From positions 11,598 to 65,656 of the forward strand of contig JBFXGO010000007.1 in the NCBI GenBank assembly GCA_050239825.1: a DNA stretch of 54,059 nucleotides. Reading direction: 5' to 3'. Below are positions 35,679 to 46,301 of the stretch, piece after piece. Position numbers and translations under genes: made by a program. The stretch comes from a bacterium (GTDB taxonomy: Bacteria; Hydrothermota; 32-111). Below the pieces are notes generated by a model. It was given only the letters and a program-made list of their open reading frames with translations, was not told the DNA's origin and searched no databases. Numbering within the stretch: the first letter of the stretch is position 1; every line of letters starts with the position of its first letter.

Positions 35679-36319
35679 AGAGAAAAATTCAGGTTCTTCC
35701 GTCTCTTCTTTCAATGGACATTTCATGCATCAGGAGCGCGATTAAAAGAATACCTGACAGCGCAGAGATTTTGCATCTCGATATTATGGATGGAAATTTT
35801 GTGGAAAATATCACCTTCGGCCCTCTCTTTCTTGAAAATCTGAGGCCTTTGACAAATAAGAAGATTGATGCACATCTTATGATCTGCAATCCCGACAAGT
35901 ATGCTCCGGTCTTTATAGAATACGGAGCTGACCTAATATCATTTCATCCGGAGACATCAGAAAATCCTCTTGCTCTTTTGACGAGAATAAAAAAGATGGG
36001 CGCAATGGCCGGTGTTGCGATAAATCCCGATGTCAGCGAAAAAAAGATAGTGAAGTACCTTGACTGCGCGGATTATGTGCTTGTGATGTCCGTCTTTCCG
36101 GGATTTGCGGGACAGAAATTCATAGAATCTGTTCTTCCGAAAATAGAGAGACTAAAAAAATTGCAGAGTGAATTTGATTTTGCCATAGAGATAGACGGCG
36201 GAATAAATGAGGCAACAGGAAGAATGGCTGTGAAGGCGGGAGCTGAATGGATTGTCTCCGGCTCATACCTCTTCAATGGAAAAAACATGAAACAGAAAAT
36301 TGAGAGGATTCTATCATGA
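35675..36319 (+). CDS. rpe: Ribulose-phosphate 3-epimerase
   Basis: HLDIMDG.FV.N.TFG, DAHLM, MSV.PGF.GQKF, IDGG. Confidence 0.96.
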   Translation: MKRKIQVLPSLLSMDISCIRSAIKRIPDSAEILHLDIMDGNFVENITFGPLFLENLRPLTNKKIDAHLMICNPDKYAPVFIEYGADLISFHPETSENPLALLTRIKKMGAMAGVAINPDVSEKKIVKYLDCADYVLVMSVFPGFAGQKFIESVLPKIERLKKLQSEFDFAIEIDGGINEATGRMAVKAGAEWIVSGSYLFNGKNMKQKIERILS

Positions 36320-37851
36320 CAAAGGGCGGAATTGTAGTTGTTGATTTCGGCTCACAGTACACTCAACTGATTGCGCGGAGAGTGCGCGAGATGAATGTTT
36401 ATTCGGAAATAATAAATCCTGAAACCGCTGAGAAGCACGATTATACTGGCGTGTCAGGCATTATACTTTCTGGGGGGCCTAATTCCGTTTATGACAAAGG
36501 CAGTCCGTCCGTATCAGACAGAGTGTTTGCCCTTGGGGTTCCTGTTCTTGGAATCTGTTACGGAATGCAGTTGATAGCATTCAAGCACAAGGGCAGTGTA
36601 GCCCACTCTGCTGAGCGTGAATTCGGAAGGAGCAGGCTGACCATACTTGTTAGAGATAAAATATTCAGAGGAGTAAAGAATCTGTCAACAGTGTGGATGT
36701 CACACTCGGACAAACTGAAGGATACTCCAGCCGGCTTTAAAAAGATAGCCATGAGCGAGAATTCGGAAATAGCCGCAATGAAGCATTCTTCACTGCCTCT
36801 TTACGGATTTCAGTTTCACCCTGAAGTTCATCACAGTGAGATGGGCAGTGCGATGCTTTACAATTTTGTAATTCATATATGTTCGGCAAAACAAAACTGG
36901 ACGAGCGCAAATTTCATAGAATCTACTGTAAAGGATATCAAGAATGAGGCAGAGGGGAAGATCGTAATAAGCGGGATATCCGGAGGAGTTGATTCAACTG
37001 TCGCTTCAATTCTTGTAAAAAGAGCGGTCGGAAAGAATCTGAAAGGATTTTTAATAGACACCGGACTTCTAAGGCACAATGAGGGATTGGAGACAGTGAA
37101 CATTCTCAAAAAGAAGCTTAATCTCAATGTAGAGTATGTGGATGCATCAAAGCTTTTTATTAGAAAACTGCGCGGTGTAGAGGATCCGGAGGAGAAAAGG
37201 CGAATAATAGGCCGCACATTCATTGATGTGTTCGCATCAAGGGCGAAGACATACAAGAATGCCGAATATCTTGTGCAGGGAACAATATATCCCGACAGAA
37301 TAGAATCACAATCTCAGAAGGGCCCATCACATGTCATAAAGACGCATCATAATGTCGGAGGGCTTCCAAAAAAGATGAAATTCACACTAATAGAACCATT
37401 GAAGGAATTGTTCAAGGACGAGGTGCGCAGAATCGGCTATGAGCTTAAAATACCTTCGGAGCTTTTGCAGAGGCATCCGTTCCCCGGTCCGGGACTCGGA
37501 ATAAGAATACTGGGAGAAGTCAGGGAAGAGTCTGTAAAAATACTTCAGAAGGCAGACAAAATTTATCTTGAAGTTTTAAGAGAGAGGGGAGAATACGATA
37601 AAATCTGGCAGGCATTTGCCGTCTTGCTTCCAGTGAGAACAGTGGGAGTGATGGGCGACCAGCGCACCTATGATAATGTAATTGCTCTGAGGGCGGTGAC
37701 ATCAGTCGACGGCATGACTGCGGACTGGCATGATTTTCCAAGAGAGGTACTGCAGGAGATTTCGAGAAGAATAATAAATGAAGTCAAAGGAGTCAACAGG
37801 GTGGTCTATGATATATCCACAAAACCCCCGTCAACAATTGAATGGGAATAA
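36316..37851 (+). CDS. guaA: GMP synthase (glutamine-hydrolysing)
   Basis: DFGSQYT, GICYGMQ, QFHPEV, SGGVDS, IKTHHNVGG, KPPSTIEWE. Confidence 0.98.
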   Translation: MTKGGIVVVDFGSQYTQLIARRVREMNVYSEIINPETAEKHDYTGVSGIILSGGPNSVYDKGSPSVSDRVFALGVPVLGICYGMQLIAFKHKGSVAHSAEREFGRSRLTILVRDKIFRGVKNLSTVWMSHSDKLKDTPAGFKKIAMSENSEIAAMKHSSLPLYGFQFHPEVHHSEMGSAMLYNFVIHICSAKQNWTSANFIESTVKDIKNEAEGKIVISGISGGVDSTVASILVKRAVGKNLKGFLIDTGLLRHNEGLETVNILKKKLNLNVEYVDASKLFIRKLRGVEDPEEKRRIIGRTFIDVFASRAKTYKNAEYLVQGTIYPDRIESQSQKGPSHVIKTHHNVGGLPKKMKFTLIEPLKELFKDEVRRIGYELKIPSELLQRHPFPGPGLGIRILGEVREESVKILQKADKIYLEVLRERGEYDKIWQAFAVLLPVRTVGVMGDQRTYDNVIALRAVTSVDGMTADWHDFPREVLQEISRRIINEVKGVNRVVYDISTKPPSTIEWE

Positions 37852-38620
37852 CCTAAAAGAGATTAAGCTCTTCTTTTTCGACATGGACGGAACTCTCTAT
37901 CTGGGAGAGAATCTTATTGACGGCGCTGTAGAGTTCGTAGCAAAATTGAAGGAGAGGGGAATCGGAAGAGTCTTTCTTTCCAACAATTCATCGAAAAACA
38001 GAAAGGAGTATTTGAAAAAACTGACGCGCATGGGATTTGAGTGCGTCGAAAATGACATTTTCACATCCCTCAATGCAACAATACTGAAGCTGAAGAGAGA
38101 GGGCGTGCGAACCATTTACCCATTGGGCACTCCTTCATTCGAAGAGGAACTGCTTGATAACGGATTCAAATTTTCAAAAGAGAATCCCGACACTGTACTT
38201 TTAGGGTTTGACAAAACTCTGACTTATGAAAAAATAGACAATGCTTATCAGCTGTTAATAAAGAATGTGAGATTTGTCGCGACTCATCCGGACATAACCT
38301 GTCCGACGGAGAACGGCTACATACCGGATATAGGAGGATTCATCTCAATGTTTGAAAAACTTACCGGAAGGCTTCCCGAGATAGTGGGAAAGCCCAACAC
38401 CTGCATGGTTCTCTCCATTATGGAGCATTTCGGATTAAAGCCTCAGGAGTGCGCAATGGTGGGTGACAGACTCTATACGGATATGAGAATGGCAATTGAC
38501 GCCACAATGAAATCAATACTCGTCCTTTCAGGCGAGACAAAGCATGATGATTATGTCAAAAGCAAGTTTGAAGTCTTTATTGAAGCAGATTCCGTAAAGG
38601 ATTTGACGCCTCTTTTATGA
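37838..38620 (+). CDS. HAD-IIA family phosphatase (NagD-like)
   Basis: FDMDGTL, SNNS, VGKP, GDRLYTD; probable TTG start overlapping guaA end. Confidence 0.88.
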   Translation: MNGNNLKEIKLFFFDMDGTLYLGENLIDGAVEFVAKLKERGIGRVFLSNNSSKNRKEYLKKLTRMGFECVENDIFTSLNATILKLKREGVRTIYPLGTPSFEEELLDNGFKFSKENPDTVLLGFDKTLTYEKIDNAYQLLIKNVRFVATHPDITCPTENGYIPDIGGFISMFEKLTGRLPEIVGKPNTCMVLSIMEHFGLKPQECAMVGDRLYTDMRMAIDATMKSILVLSGETKHDDYVKSKFEVFIEADSVKDLTPLL

Positions 38621-39465
38621 AGATACTTATTTTGGGCTCAACAGGTCAGCTTGGTAGCGATATTCTCAGGGTTTTTGAAAAGAAGCATAAGATAACGCAC
38701 GGCGGCAGAAATCTTTTTGATATCCACAACTATGAGAATTTTGAAGATTTCATAAAAAACAGATTTGACGCAGTCATTAACTGCGCCGCATTTCTTGATG
38801 TGCCGGGTGCGGAAAGGTCTCTCTACGAACCGCTCATTATGAACGGAACCGCTCCGATGAGAATGGCCTCTGTATGCAGGAAAAATAATATAAAATTCAT
38901 GCACTTTTCAACTGACTATGTTTTCGACGGAAAGAAGAGAATCCCATACATAGAGAGCGACTCATGCAATCCGCTGAATGTCTACGGACTGACAAAGTAT
39001 GTGGGGGAGAGGGGAATTCTTTTTGAAAATCCCGCTTCGGCGGTGATTAGAGTGAGCGGGCTCTACGGAAAGACATTGAGCAGGGCAAAGGGCTATAACT
39101 TTATCTCTCTTTTCTTGAAGAAAGCTTCAGAGTCTGATGTTGTTGAAGTTGTAGGAGACGAAGTCCTGACTCCGACGAGCACCATAAATGCTGCCAATCA
39201 GGCTCTTGTCATTCTTGAAAACGATTTAAGAGGGCTGATACACTCTACTGATGAAGGAGAAGTGTCTTGGCACGGTTTTGCCGAGGAGATAAAATCATAT
39301 ATGAAACTTGGTGTAAAGGTAAAGAAAGCCAAGCAGAACAATTCAACAGTTGAAAGACCTAAGTATTCGGTGCTAGAAAATAAAAAACTCAAAGATGCAG
39401 GTTTTAATGTGATGAAAGACTGGCACGATTCTCTGCATGAATTTCTCGGGGAGGTCTATCTGTGA
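38617..39465 (+). CDS. rmlD: dTDP-4-dehydrorhamnose reductase family SDR
   Basis: GSTGQLG, NCAA, STDYVFDG, YGLTK, RPKYSVL. Confidence 0.85.
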   Translation: MKILILGSTGQLGSDILRVFEKKHKITHGGRNLFDIHNYENFEDFIKNRFDAVINCAAFLDVPGAERSLYEPLIMNGTAPMRMASVCRKNNIKFMHFSTDYVFDGKKRIPYIESDSCNPLNVYGLTKYVGERGILFENPASAVIRVSGLYGKTLSRAKGYNFISLFLKKASESDVVEVVGDEVLTPTSTINAANQALVILENDLRGLIHSTDEGEVSWHGFAEEIKSYMKLGVKVKKAKQNNSTVERPKYSVLENKKLKDAGFNVMKDWHDSLHEFLGEVYL

Positions 39466-40625
39466 ATTATTACCTCTTTGAAACAGGATGCAGGCTGAAT
39501 CAGTCACTTACAAACAGGCTGGCCGGAGATTATGAATCAAAGGGTTTTTCAAGAGTATCTTCCCCCAAAGACGCAGATTTGATTCTGATGGGTTCATGCG
39601 TAGTCACTGCAAAGGCGCAGAATGAATTTATGAGGATTTACAGAAAATTGAGGAGGGAGAATCCTTTTGCAAGGATAGAGGTGTCGGGATGCCTTAAAAA
39701 CCCGGATGAACTTGAGCACGATTCCGAATATGTTAGACAGGAGAGCATTCTTCAGATAGAAAATCCAACTTCATTCAGGACAAGACCCGAAATTGTAATT
39801 CAGACAGGGTGCAATAATTTCTGCTCTTACTGCATTGTGCCTTACATGAGGGGTTCCGAAAGGTCAAGGAGTATTTACGAAATAAACAGAGACATAGACT
39901 ACTTTCTTGAAAGGGGAGCGAAAGAGATTGTTCTCACCGGAGTTCATATCGGAAAGTATAGGAGCGGACCGCTGAATCTTGCCGGTTTATTAAGAGAAAT
40001 AAAAAAGAAAAATATATACAGAGTGCGCCTGTCATCTCTTGACATAAGTGAAATAGATGATGAGCTCATTGAAGAGATAGGCAGAGACAATATGGTGGCA
40101 AGGTTTATACATATTCCGCTACAACACACTGAAGACGATGTTTTGTTGATGATGAAGAGAAAGTATGGAAAGAGTGAGGCGAAAAAGAAAATCTCCCGGC
40201 TCTCTGCAATTGATGGGATGAGGCTGGGAGCAGACATTATATATAACTTTCCTGCAGAAAGTTCTATTGATTTTGAAAACCTGCTGAAAACGCTTTACAA
40301 TCTTCCGATTTCGCATTTCCACCTGTTTTGCTACTCACAGAGACATTCGACTCTTGCTTCGTATTTTAAAAATGCCGAATCTTCAAATAAGGAGAAGCTC
40401 TTACTGCTAAAGGAGCTTGCGGAGAAAAAGAGAGGCGAATATGCGGAGAGTGTCATAGGCAGGCATGACGAAATACTGGTGGAGAGTATCAGCGGCGAAT
40501 TCGCTTCGGGGAAATCCTCTTCATATCTAAATTGCAGAGTAAAAAAGAGCACATACAAGATAGGCGATGTGGTTAAAGTTCTATACAAATCCTTTGACGG
40601 AAGGAACATGTTCTGTGAAGAATAA
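39462..40625 (+). CDS. mtaB: Radical SAM methylthiotransferase, MtaB-like
   Basis: GCRLN, SCVVT..A, GCNNFCSYC, EIVLTGVHIG, RVRLSS. Confidence 0.7.
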   Translation: MNYYLFETGCRLNQSLTNRLAGDYESKGFSRVSSPKDADLILMGSCVVTAKAQNEFMRIYRKLRRENPFARIEVSGCLKNPDELEHDSEYVRQESILQIENPTSFRTRPEIVIQTGCNNFCSYCIVPYMRGSERSRSIYEINRDIDYFLERGAKEIVLTGVHIGKYRSGPLNLAGLLREIKKKNIYRVRLSSLDISEIDDELIEEIGRDNMVARFIHIPLQHTEDDVLLMMKRKYGKSEAKKKISRLSAIDGMRLGADIIYNFPAESSIDFENLLKTLYNLPISHFHLFCYSQRHSTLASYFKNAESSNKEKLLLLKELAEKKRGEYAESVIGRHDEILVESISGEFASGKSSSYLNCRVKKSTYKIGDVVKVLYKSFDGRNMFCEE

Positions 40626-41883
40626 ATACTTTATTGCCACATACGGATGTCAGATGAATGACTATGATTCAAAGGTTATCGATTCTTTGCTCTCATCAGA
40701 AGGTTATGAAAAAGCTTCAACCGCCGAAGAGGCTGACATGCTTATAGTAAACGGCTGCTCAGTGAGAGAGCATGCTGAAACCAGAGCTCTTGGCTTCATG
40801 AGTTCTCAGAGAAAGAGCTCCGGAAAAAAGAAAAAGGTAATCCTTGCAGGGTGTCTTGCGAGGTCTTTAAAAGAGCTCCCCTCTTTTATTGATATGGCGG
40901 TATCCCCGACGGAGTATCTTTCACTTGCAGAGCTCATTAAGGAAGGGCGAAGCAAAACAGACCTCTCTTCAAAGGGTGATTATACGGGTATTGATGTAGA
41001 GCAGGGAGTGACTCTTCTTGCTCCTATAAGCAAGGGATGCAACAACTTTTGTTCATACTGCATAGTTCCATTTTTAAGGGGAAGGGAGGAATCTTTCTCT
41101 CCGGATTCGATAATCAGGCAGATTAAAAACAACATGAAGAGCTCAACTGCCGAGATTCTGCTGATGGGTCAGAATGTAAATTCATACGACTACAATGGTA
41201 AAAAATTTACCTCCCTTGTAAAAGATGTGCTCGCTGAGTTTAAAGACAAAAGGGTAAGATTCATCACTTCGCATCCGAAGGACTTGTCCTTAAAACTCAT
41301 AGAAATAATGGCTGACAATAAGAATCTCTGCTCCCATCTGCATCTTCCTTTGCAGAGCGGATCCGATAGAATGCTCTCTTTGATGCACAGGCAGTACACA
41401 TACGCCGGATTCAGGCATCTTGCGGATGAAGCAAGAAAAATTCTTCCTTCAATTTCTCTGACTACTGACATTATGACAGGCCTGCCGGAAGAGACGGATG
41501 AAGATTTCAATGATACATTAAAGGCGATGGAGGATATAAGATTCAATGATGCATTCATGTATAAGTACAGTTCGAGAAGGTTTACAATGTCAAGGTATTT
41601 AAAGCAGACGGATGATGAAATTGGTCTGTCGCGTCTGAAAATACTCATTGAGACTCAATTGAGGATAAGGAGGGAGAAAGCAGTGGCAATGGTTGGACAG
41701 GTTCTCGAGGTCCTTGCGGAGAATGAATCACGGAGAGTTAAAGATGAATATTTCGGAAGAGATTCCGGCAACAGGAGTGTAATCATAAAGAGTCGTGATG
41801 TGCAAATAGGAAGAGTATACAAAGTGAAGATAAATGAGGTGAAAGGAATAACATTGACCGGAGAAAAGGCGGAGGAAAAATGA
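40615..41883 (+). CDS. miaB: tRNA methylthiotransferase MiaB
   Basis: TYGCQMN.YDS, CSVRE.AE, GCNNFCSYC, GQNVNSY, TSHP, HLPLQSGS; GTG start. Confidence 0.88.
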   Translation: MKNKYFIATYGCQMNDYDSKVIDSLLSSEGYEKASTAEEADMLIVNGCSVREHAETRALGFMSSQRKSSGKKKKVILAGCLARSLKELPSFIDMAVSPTEYLSLAELIKEGRSKTDLSSKGDYTGIDVEQGVTLLAPISKGCNNFCSYCIVPFLRGREESFSPDSIIRQIKNNMKSSTAEILLMGQNVNSYDYNGKKFTSLVKDVLAEFKDKRVRFITSHPKDLSLKLIEIMADNKNLCSHLHLPLQSGSDRMLSLMHRQYTYAGFRHLADEARKILPSISLTTDIMTGLPEETDEDFNDTLKAMEDIRFNDAFMYKYSSRRFTMSRYLKQTDDEIGLSRLKILIETQLRIRREKAVAMVGQVLEVLAENESRRVKDEYFGRDSGNRSVIIKSRDVQIGRVYKVKINEVKGITLTGEKAEEK

Positions 41884-42611
41884 AAATAAAATTGTTTTTG
41901 CTGATGTGCATTCCGATCCTTCTGAATGCCTCGGTCAGCTACCGCGAACTTTATCTGAAAGGCGATTTGAAAGCATTAACGGCGGCGCTAGATTCAATGG
42001 AAAAGTCAAGGGCGGAAGTTCCGAGCGAACTTTTGTTTTACTCGGCAGAGCTTATGGAGAATGTGCCGAGGTCTGTCGCATGCTACACTCAGATAGTGAA
42101 TTCCCGCACAGATTCGCCATTCTACAATGCATCGCAGCTTCGACTGGCAAAGTACCATTCGCTTCAGCAGGATTCATCAAAAGCCGCTCTATATCTGAAG
42201 AGAATAATTTCCTCAAAAGATTCAATTCTTTCTCCTCTGGCATATCTCTCTCTGATTGCAATATATGAGAGGTTCGGAGACATATCAAATGCGTCAAAAT
42301 ACATACGCGATTTTCAGACGGATTTTCCCTCTTCACAATTTTCATCTTACTACTCAACCGAAAAAAGCAACCATTCAGTATCCAAGGATGTATTCTACAC
42401 GATACAGATAGGTTCATTCAAAAATGTCGAGAATGCCGATAAAATGATGGACGAATACAAAAAGAAAAGGTACGATGTGTACAAAATTAATGATAAGGAA
42501 CTTATAAAGGTTAGAATCGGAAAATTCAAAACCGAGAATGATGCCAATAAGTTTCTGAAGGTATTTCAAAAAGCAGAAACAATTCCCGCATGGGTGGTGA
42601 AGGCGGAATGA
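41880..42611 (+). CDS. Exported helical-repeat protein with C-terminal SPOR domain
   Basis: Signal peptide; YTIQIGSF...NA, KVRIG.F SPOR motifs. Confidence 0.8.
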   Translation: MKIKLFLLMCIPILLNASVSYRELYLKGDLKALTAALDSMEKSRAEVPSELLFYSAELMENVPRSVACYTQIVNSRTDSPFYNASQLRLAKYHSLQQDSSKAALYLKRIISSKDSILSPLAYLSLIAIYERFGDISNASKYIRDFQTDFPSSQFSSYYSTEKSNHSVSKDVFYTIQIGSFKNVENADKMMDEYKKKRYDVYKINDKELIKVRIGKFKTENDANKFLKVFQKAETIPAWVVKAE

Positions 42612-45193
42612 ATTTGAAAGAGTCGACGCCGCTTATAAACCAGTATCTTGAAATCAAGAAAAGCTATGCAGATGCAATTCTGCTCTTTAGGATGGGGGAT
42701 TTCTACGAAACATTCTATGACGATGCAATGCTCGTCTCGCAGATACTAAACATCACGCTTACATCGCGCGAGTATGCATCGAAAGATGTCCCTCTTGCCG
42801 GATTTCCCGTGAAAGCCGCAGACCAGTATATAAGCAGGCTTGTAAAGACCAATAGAAAGGTGGCGGTGTGCGAACAGCTTGAGGAGCCATCAAACAGCAT
42901 AAAGCTGGTGAAGCGCGGAGTCGTAGAAGTGATAACCCCCGGAACAATCATGAGGGAATCTCTTCTGTCTGAGAAGGAGAACAATTACATAGGAGCTGTA
43001 AAAAAAAGCGGCCTAACGACATCTCTCGCAGTCTCCGATATATCAACAGGCGAGATGTATGCGGTTGAGTTCAATGACGATGCTTCGGCTGAAGACTATA
43101 TGATGAAACTATCATTGAGCGAGATACTCACCGACAACTCTTCATTAAGAATTATGGAGAAGCAGAGAAGAATCATCGACCATTCATACTTTGATTCTGA
43201 AGAGGCAAAGAGAGCGCTTGAAGAGCATTTCGGATCAGAATGCCTTGCAAAGACAGGATTTGACAAGGCGACTGAAGCCTCTCTGCAGGCGGGCGGCGCA
43301 TTGATTGCATACCTAAAAGAGAGCCAAAAGAGAAAAATGACTCAGGTAAATGAAATAAAAATCAGAATGCTCAATGAAAGGATGACAGTTGATTATCAGA
43401 CAATGAGGAACCTTGAGCTGTTTGAAAGGATGAACGGAGACAAGGAAAATTCATTTATTGACGCGGTTGACGCCACAAAGACCCCCATGGGCGGACGAAA
43501 GCTCAGGAATCTCATGAGGTCTCCTTACTGCTCCGTTAAAGAGATTGAGTCATCTCTGAGCATAGTAAAAAGTTTTGCCGAATCTGTTGAACAAACAAAG
43601 GTTTTACGCGGGATTCTTTCGGAAATCGGAGACATTGAGAGGATAAACACAAGGGTCGCCGCAAGAAAGGCGACTCCGAGAGACCTTGTGCTTCTCTCTT
43701 CGGCTATAAAGCTTTTGCCGCGAATGAAGGAGATACTTGACTCTCTCAATCTCAGTTTTTTGCTGAACGATTTTAATGAATTAAAAAGCATTTCGCAGTT
43801 GATAGATTCCGCTCTCAACAGAGAGAGGGTTTTAAATGGAGAGAAGGAGAGATATTTCAACGAAGGGTATGATGCGCAGTACGATGAGCTACTGCAATTT
43901 TCAATGCGCACTTCTGAGCTTATATTCAAGATGGAGGAGCAGGAGAGGAAAAAGACCGGCATACAAAACCTTAAAATAGCATACAATTCGGTTATGGGCT
44001 ACTATATAGAGGTGACGAACTCTTACAAAGAGAAGGTGCCGGCTGAATATTTCAGAAAGCAGACATTGAAGAATGCCGAGAGGTACATAAATGAGGAGCT
44101 GAAAGAGTATGAGCTGAAAATACTCTCCGCAGAGGAGAAGCTCAACTCGATGGAGAATGCAATGTTTACAGGCCTCATAGAGCATATTTCGGAGCACTGC
44201 GGGGAGATATCAAACATCTCTGAAAAAGTCGCCGCAATTGATATGGCGTGCTCCAATGCGGTGAATGCCCAGCAGAATGATTGGGTAATGCCTGTTGTAG
44301 GCGATTTTGATGAAATAGTTATTGAGGACGGAAGACATCCTGTTGTTGAATTTGTGGACAGAACAGCGCCTTTTACGCCGAACTCTCTTTCAATGGACAA
44401 GTTTACCAGAGTGATACTCTTAACCGGACCAAACATGTCAGGCAAGTCAACATACCTTAGACAGAATGCTATTATAATATACATGGCTCATCTGGGGATG
44501 TTCGTGCCCGCCAAAAAAGCGCATATTCCTCTTACTGACAGGATATTTACGAGAATAGGAGCGAGCGATGATATCTCAAAGGGAGTTTCGACATTCATGG
44601 CTGAGATGCTTGAGAGCGCCAACATAATTAAAAATATGTCTTCGCGGAGTTTCATTGTTTTGGATGAAATAGGCAGAGGCACATCGACTTTTGACGGACT
44701 GGCGCTTGCATGGGCTATCCTTGAGTATATCCACAATTCTCCTTTGAGCCCTAAAACTCTCTTCGCAACTCACTATCATGAACTCACAGAGCTGTCGTCG
44801 AAACTGCCGAAAATCAAGAACCGTACTACAAAAGTGCGAAAACTGCAGGACAGGATAATCTTTCTGAGAAAAGTCATCGATGGTGCTACGGATGAAAGCT
44901 ACGGAGTCGAGGTTGCAAAGATGGCGGGTCTTCCGTCGGAGATAACTGAGAATGCAACCGGCATACTCCGCCTTTTAAAGGAGAGCGAACTGAATGTCAA
45001 GGAGAAGATGCGCGATGTGTCTCAACTAAGGCTTTTTGACGAGAAGCAAAAAGATTCCGAAAGCGAATCGGTAAAAAATATCGCTGATAGAGTAAAAAGT
45101 ATCGATTTGAAAAATACCACGCCTATTGAAGCTCTTCTTCTTCTGCAGGAGCTGAAGGAAATAATTGAAGAAAAAAATAAGGAGAAAAAGTGA
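42608..45193 (+). CDS. mutS: DNA mismatch repair protein MutS
   Basis: TP...QY, FRMGDFYE, GRHPVVE, TGPNMSGKST, STFM.EM, DEIGRGTST, ATHYHEL. Confidence 0.98.
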   Translation: MNLKESTPLINQYLEIKKSYADAILLFRMGDFYETFYDDAMLVSQILNITLTSREYASKDVPLAGFPVKAADQYISRLVKTNRKVAVCEQLEEPSNSIKLVKRGVVEVITPGTIMRESLLSEKENNYIGAVKKSGLTTSLAVSDISTGEMYAVEFNDDASAEDYMMKLSLSEILTDNSSLRIMEKQRRIIDHSYFDSEEAKRALEEHFGSECLAKTGFDKATEASLQAGGALIAYLKESQKRKMTQVNEIKIRMLNERMTVDYQTMRNLELFERMNGDKENSFIDAVDATKTPMGGRKLRNLMRSPYCSVKEIESSLSIVKSFAESVEQTKVLRGILSEIGDIERINTRVAARKATPRDLVLLSSAIKLLPRMKEILDSLNLSFLLNDFNELKSISQLIDSALNRERVLNGEKERYFNEGYDAQYDELLQFSMRTSELIFKMEEQERKKTGIQNLKIAYNSVMGYYIEVTNSYKEKVPAEYFRKQTLKNAERYINEELKEYELKILSAEEKLNSMENAMFTGLIEHISEHCGEISNISEKVAAIDMACSNAVNAQQNDWVMPVVGDFDEIVIEDGRHPVVEFVDRTAPFTPNSLSMDKFTRVILLTGPNMSGKSTYLRQNAIIIYMAHLGMFVPAKKAHIPLTDRIFTRIGASDDISKGVSTFMAEMLESANIIKNMSSRSFIVLDEIGRGTSTFDGLALAWAILEYIHNSPLSPKTLFATHYHELTELSSKLPKIKNRTTKVRKLQDRIIFLRKVIDGATDESYGVEVAKMAGLPSEITENATGILRLLKESELNVKEKMRDVSQLRLFDEKQKDSESESVKNIADRVKSIDLKNTTPIEALLLLQELKEIIEEKNKEKK

Positions 45194-45819
45194 AAAAGAG
45201 AATCATTCTTATTGTGATGTTTGTAATCAGTCTAATGCTTTATGCCAAGAGAGATTATTCTGAAGAGATGCTGAATATCGGATCAGACGCTTTTCTTCTT
45301 GCAAAAATCACAGCTATGAGAGGAAGCATCCTTGTTCGGCCGACAGAGAAGGACTCAATGTTAGTTTACTGCGTGAAATCCGCTAAAGAGGGATTCTCTG
45401 CAGAAAGTGTCAGAGTAAATGTAAACAAGTCAGATAGCGGTTATATATTCATAGACTGCGTTTTTCCCTCAGGGGACGGTGAATTTATGGGAAACCTCGA
45501 GATACTGCTACCTAAGAATATATCTGTTGAGAGCATCTACACAGAAGAAGGAGACATCAACCTTGAAGCAAATTACTTTGCTTCGGATACTGTCAGGGTA
45601 AAAACAATCAAGGGGAGCATAATGTTTACCGCCGGAGAAGATATCAATGCGGAGATTATAATGACCTCTGAACCGCAGACAGTGCTTGCCGACAGTGCGG
45701 ACTCATGCTCAAGCTGTTCTGATTGTCCGTCAAAGCAAAAGGAAAAACGAATACTTCTTAATGAGGGAAAAAGCAAAGTGATTCTTACTGTTGTTGAAGG
45801 GACTATAACAACTAAATAA
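45190..45819 (+). CDS. Hypothetical exported protein (DUF4097-like beta repeats)
   Basis: Signal peptide; repeated T..G.I strands; CSSCSDC segment. Confidence 0.6.
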   Translation: MKKRIILIVMFVISLMLYAKRDYSEEMLNIGSDAFLLAKITAMRGSILVRPTEKDSMLVYCVKSAKEGFSAESVRVNVNKSDSGYIFIDCVFPSGDGEFMGNLEILLPKNISVESIYTEEGDINLEANYFASDTVRVKTIKGSIMFTAGEDINAEIIMTSEPQTVLADSADSCSSCSDCPSKQKEKRILLNEGKSKVILTVVEGTITTK

Positions 45820-45821
45820 TT

Positions 45822-46301
45822 CTATTTAAGCGTTTTTTCAGTTTCTTTGTATATCGCGAGATTCGTAAAGTATGCGATGCGCAAAAGTTTTTCCCTGTAA
45901 AAGTGATAGCTTGAAGGAATAGTCTGTTTTGGCTTGTAAAAAAGCGTATCCTCGAAGAACTCATATTTTACTGTTATGAAATTTTTATTCGCTTTCTTTG
46001 ATGTGTCCGTTTCAATCTCTTCAATGAAAAGCTTGACCGTGTAGAGAAGGTCTTTTTTATCCTTTAATTGCTCTATTTGGCTGTAAATTGAATCATTTGC
46101 TGTTATAGAAAAATGAAGAGAATCCGAATAAACCCTTAGTTTGAAGAAGGTCATTTCACATGACATTGTATCTTTGCATGTTTTTACATATCCCTGCGCA
46201 AAGAGAGAATCATAATCAAAAAATAAATTTTCCGAAAATATTAAAACTTGGGAAAAGAGTAGAAGACTAATAAGAATTGTCTTTAAAGCCGTCATAAACA
46301 T
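45822..46301 (-). CDS. Hypothetical exported protein
   Basis: 159-aa ORF with signal-like N-terminus overlapping ftsK end. Confidence 0.6.
   Translation of the reverse strand: MFMTALKTILISLLLFSQVLIFSENLFFDYDSLFAQGYVKTCKDTMSCEMTFFKLRVYSDSLHFSITANDSIYSQIEQLKDKKDLLYTVKLFIEEIETDTSKKANKNFITVKYEFFEDTLFYKPKQTIPSSYHFYREKLLRIAYFTNLAIYKETEKTLK

Noticed and set aside
45473..45481. Additional copy of the transposon IR (GGGACGGTG)
   Set aside because: Only 9 bp match, inside a CDS, with no partner repeat; consistent with chance.
45822..46301. LolA call for the gene after ftsK
   Set aside because: Position is suggestive but no LolA motifs are recognisable; left as hypothetical.
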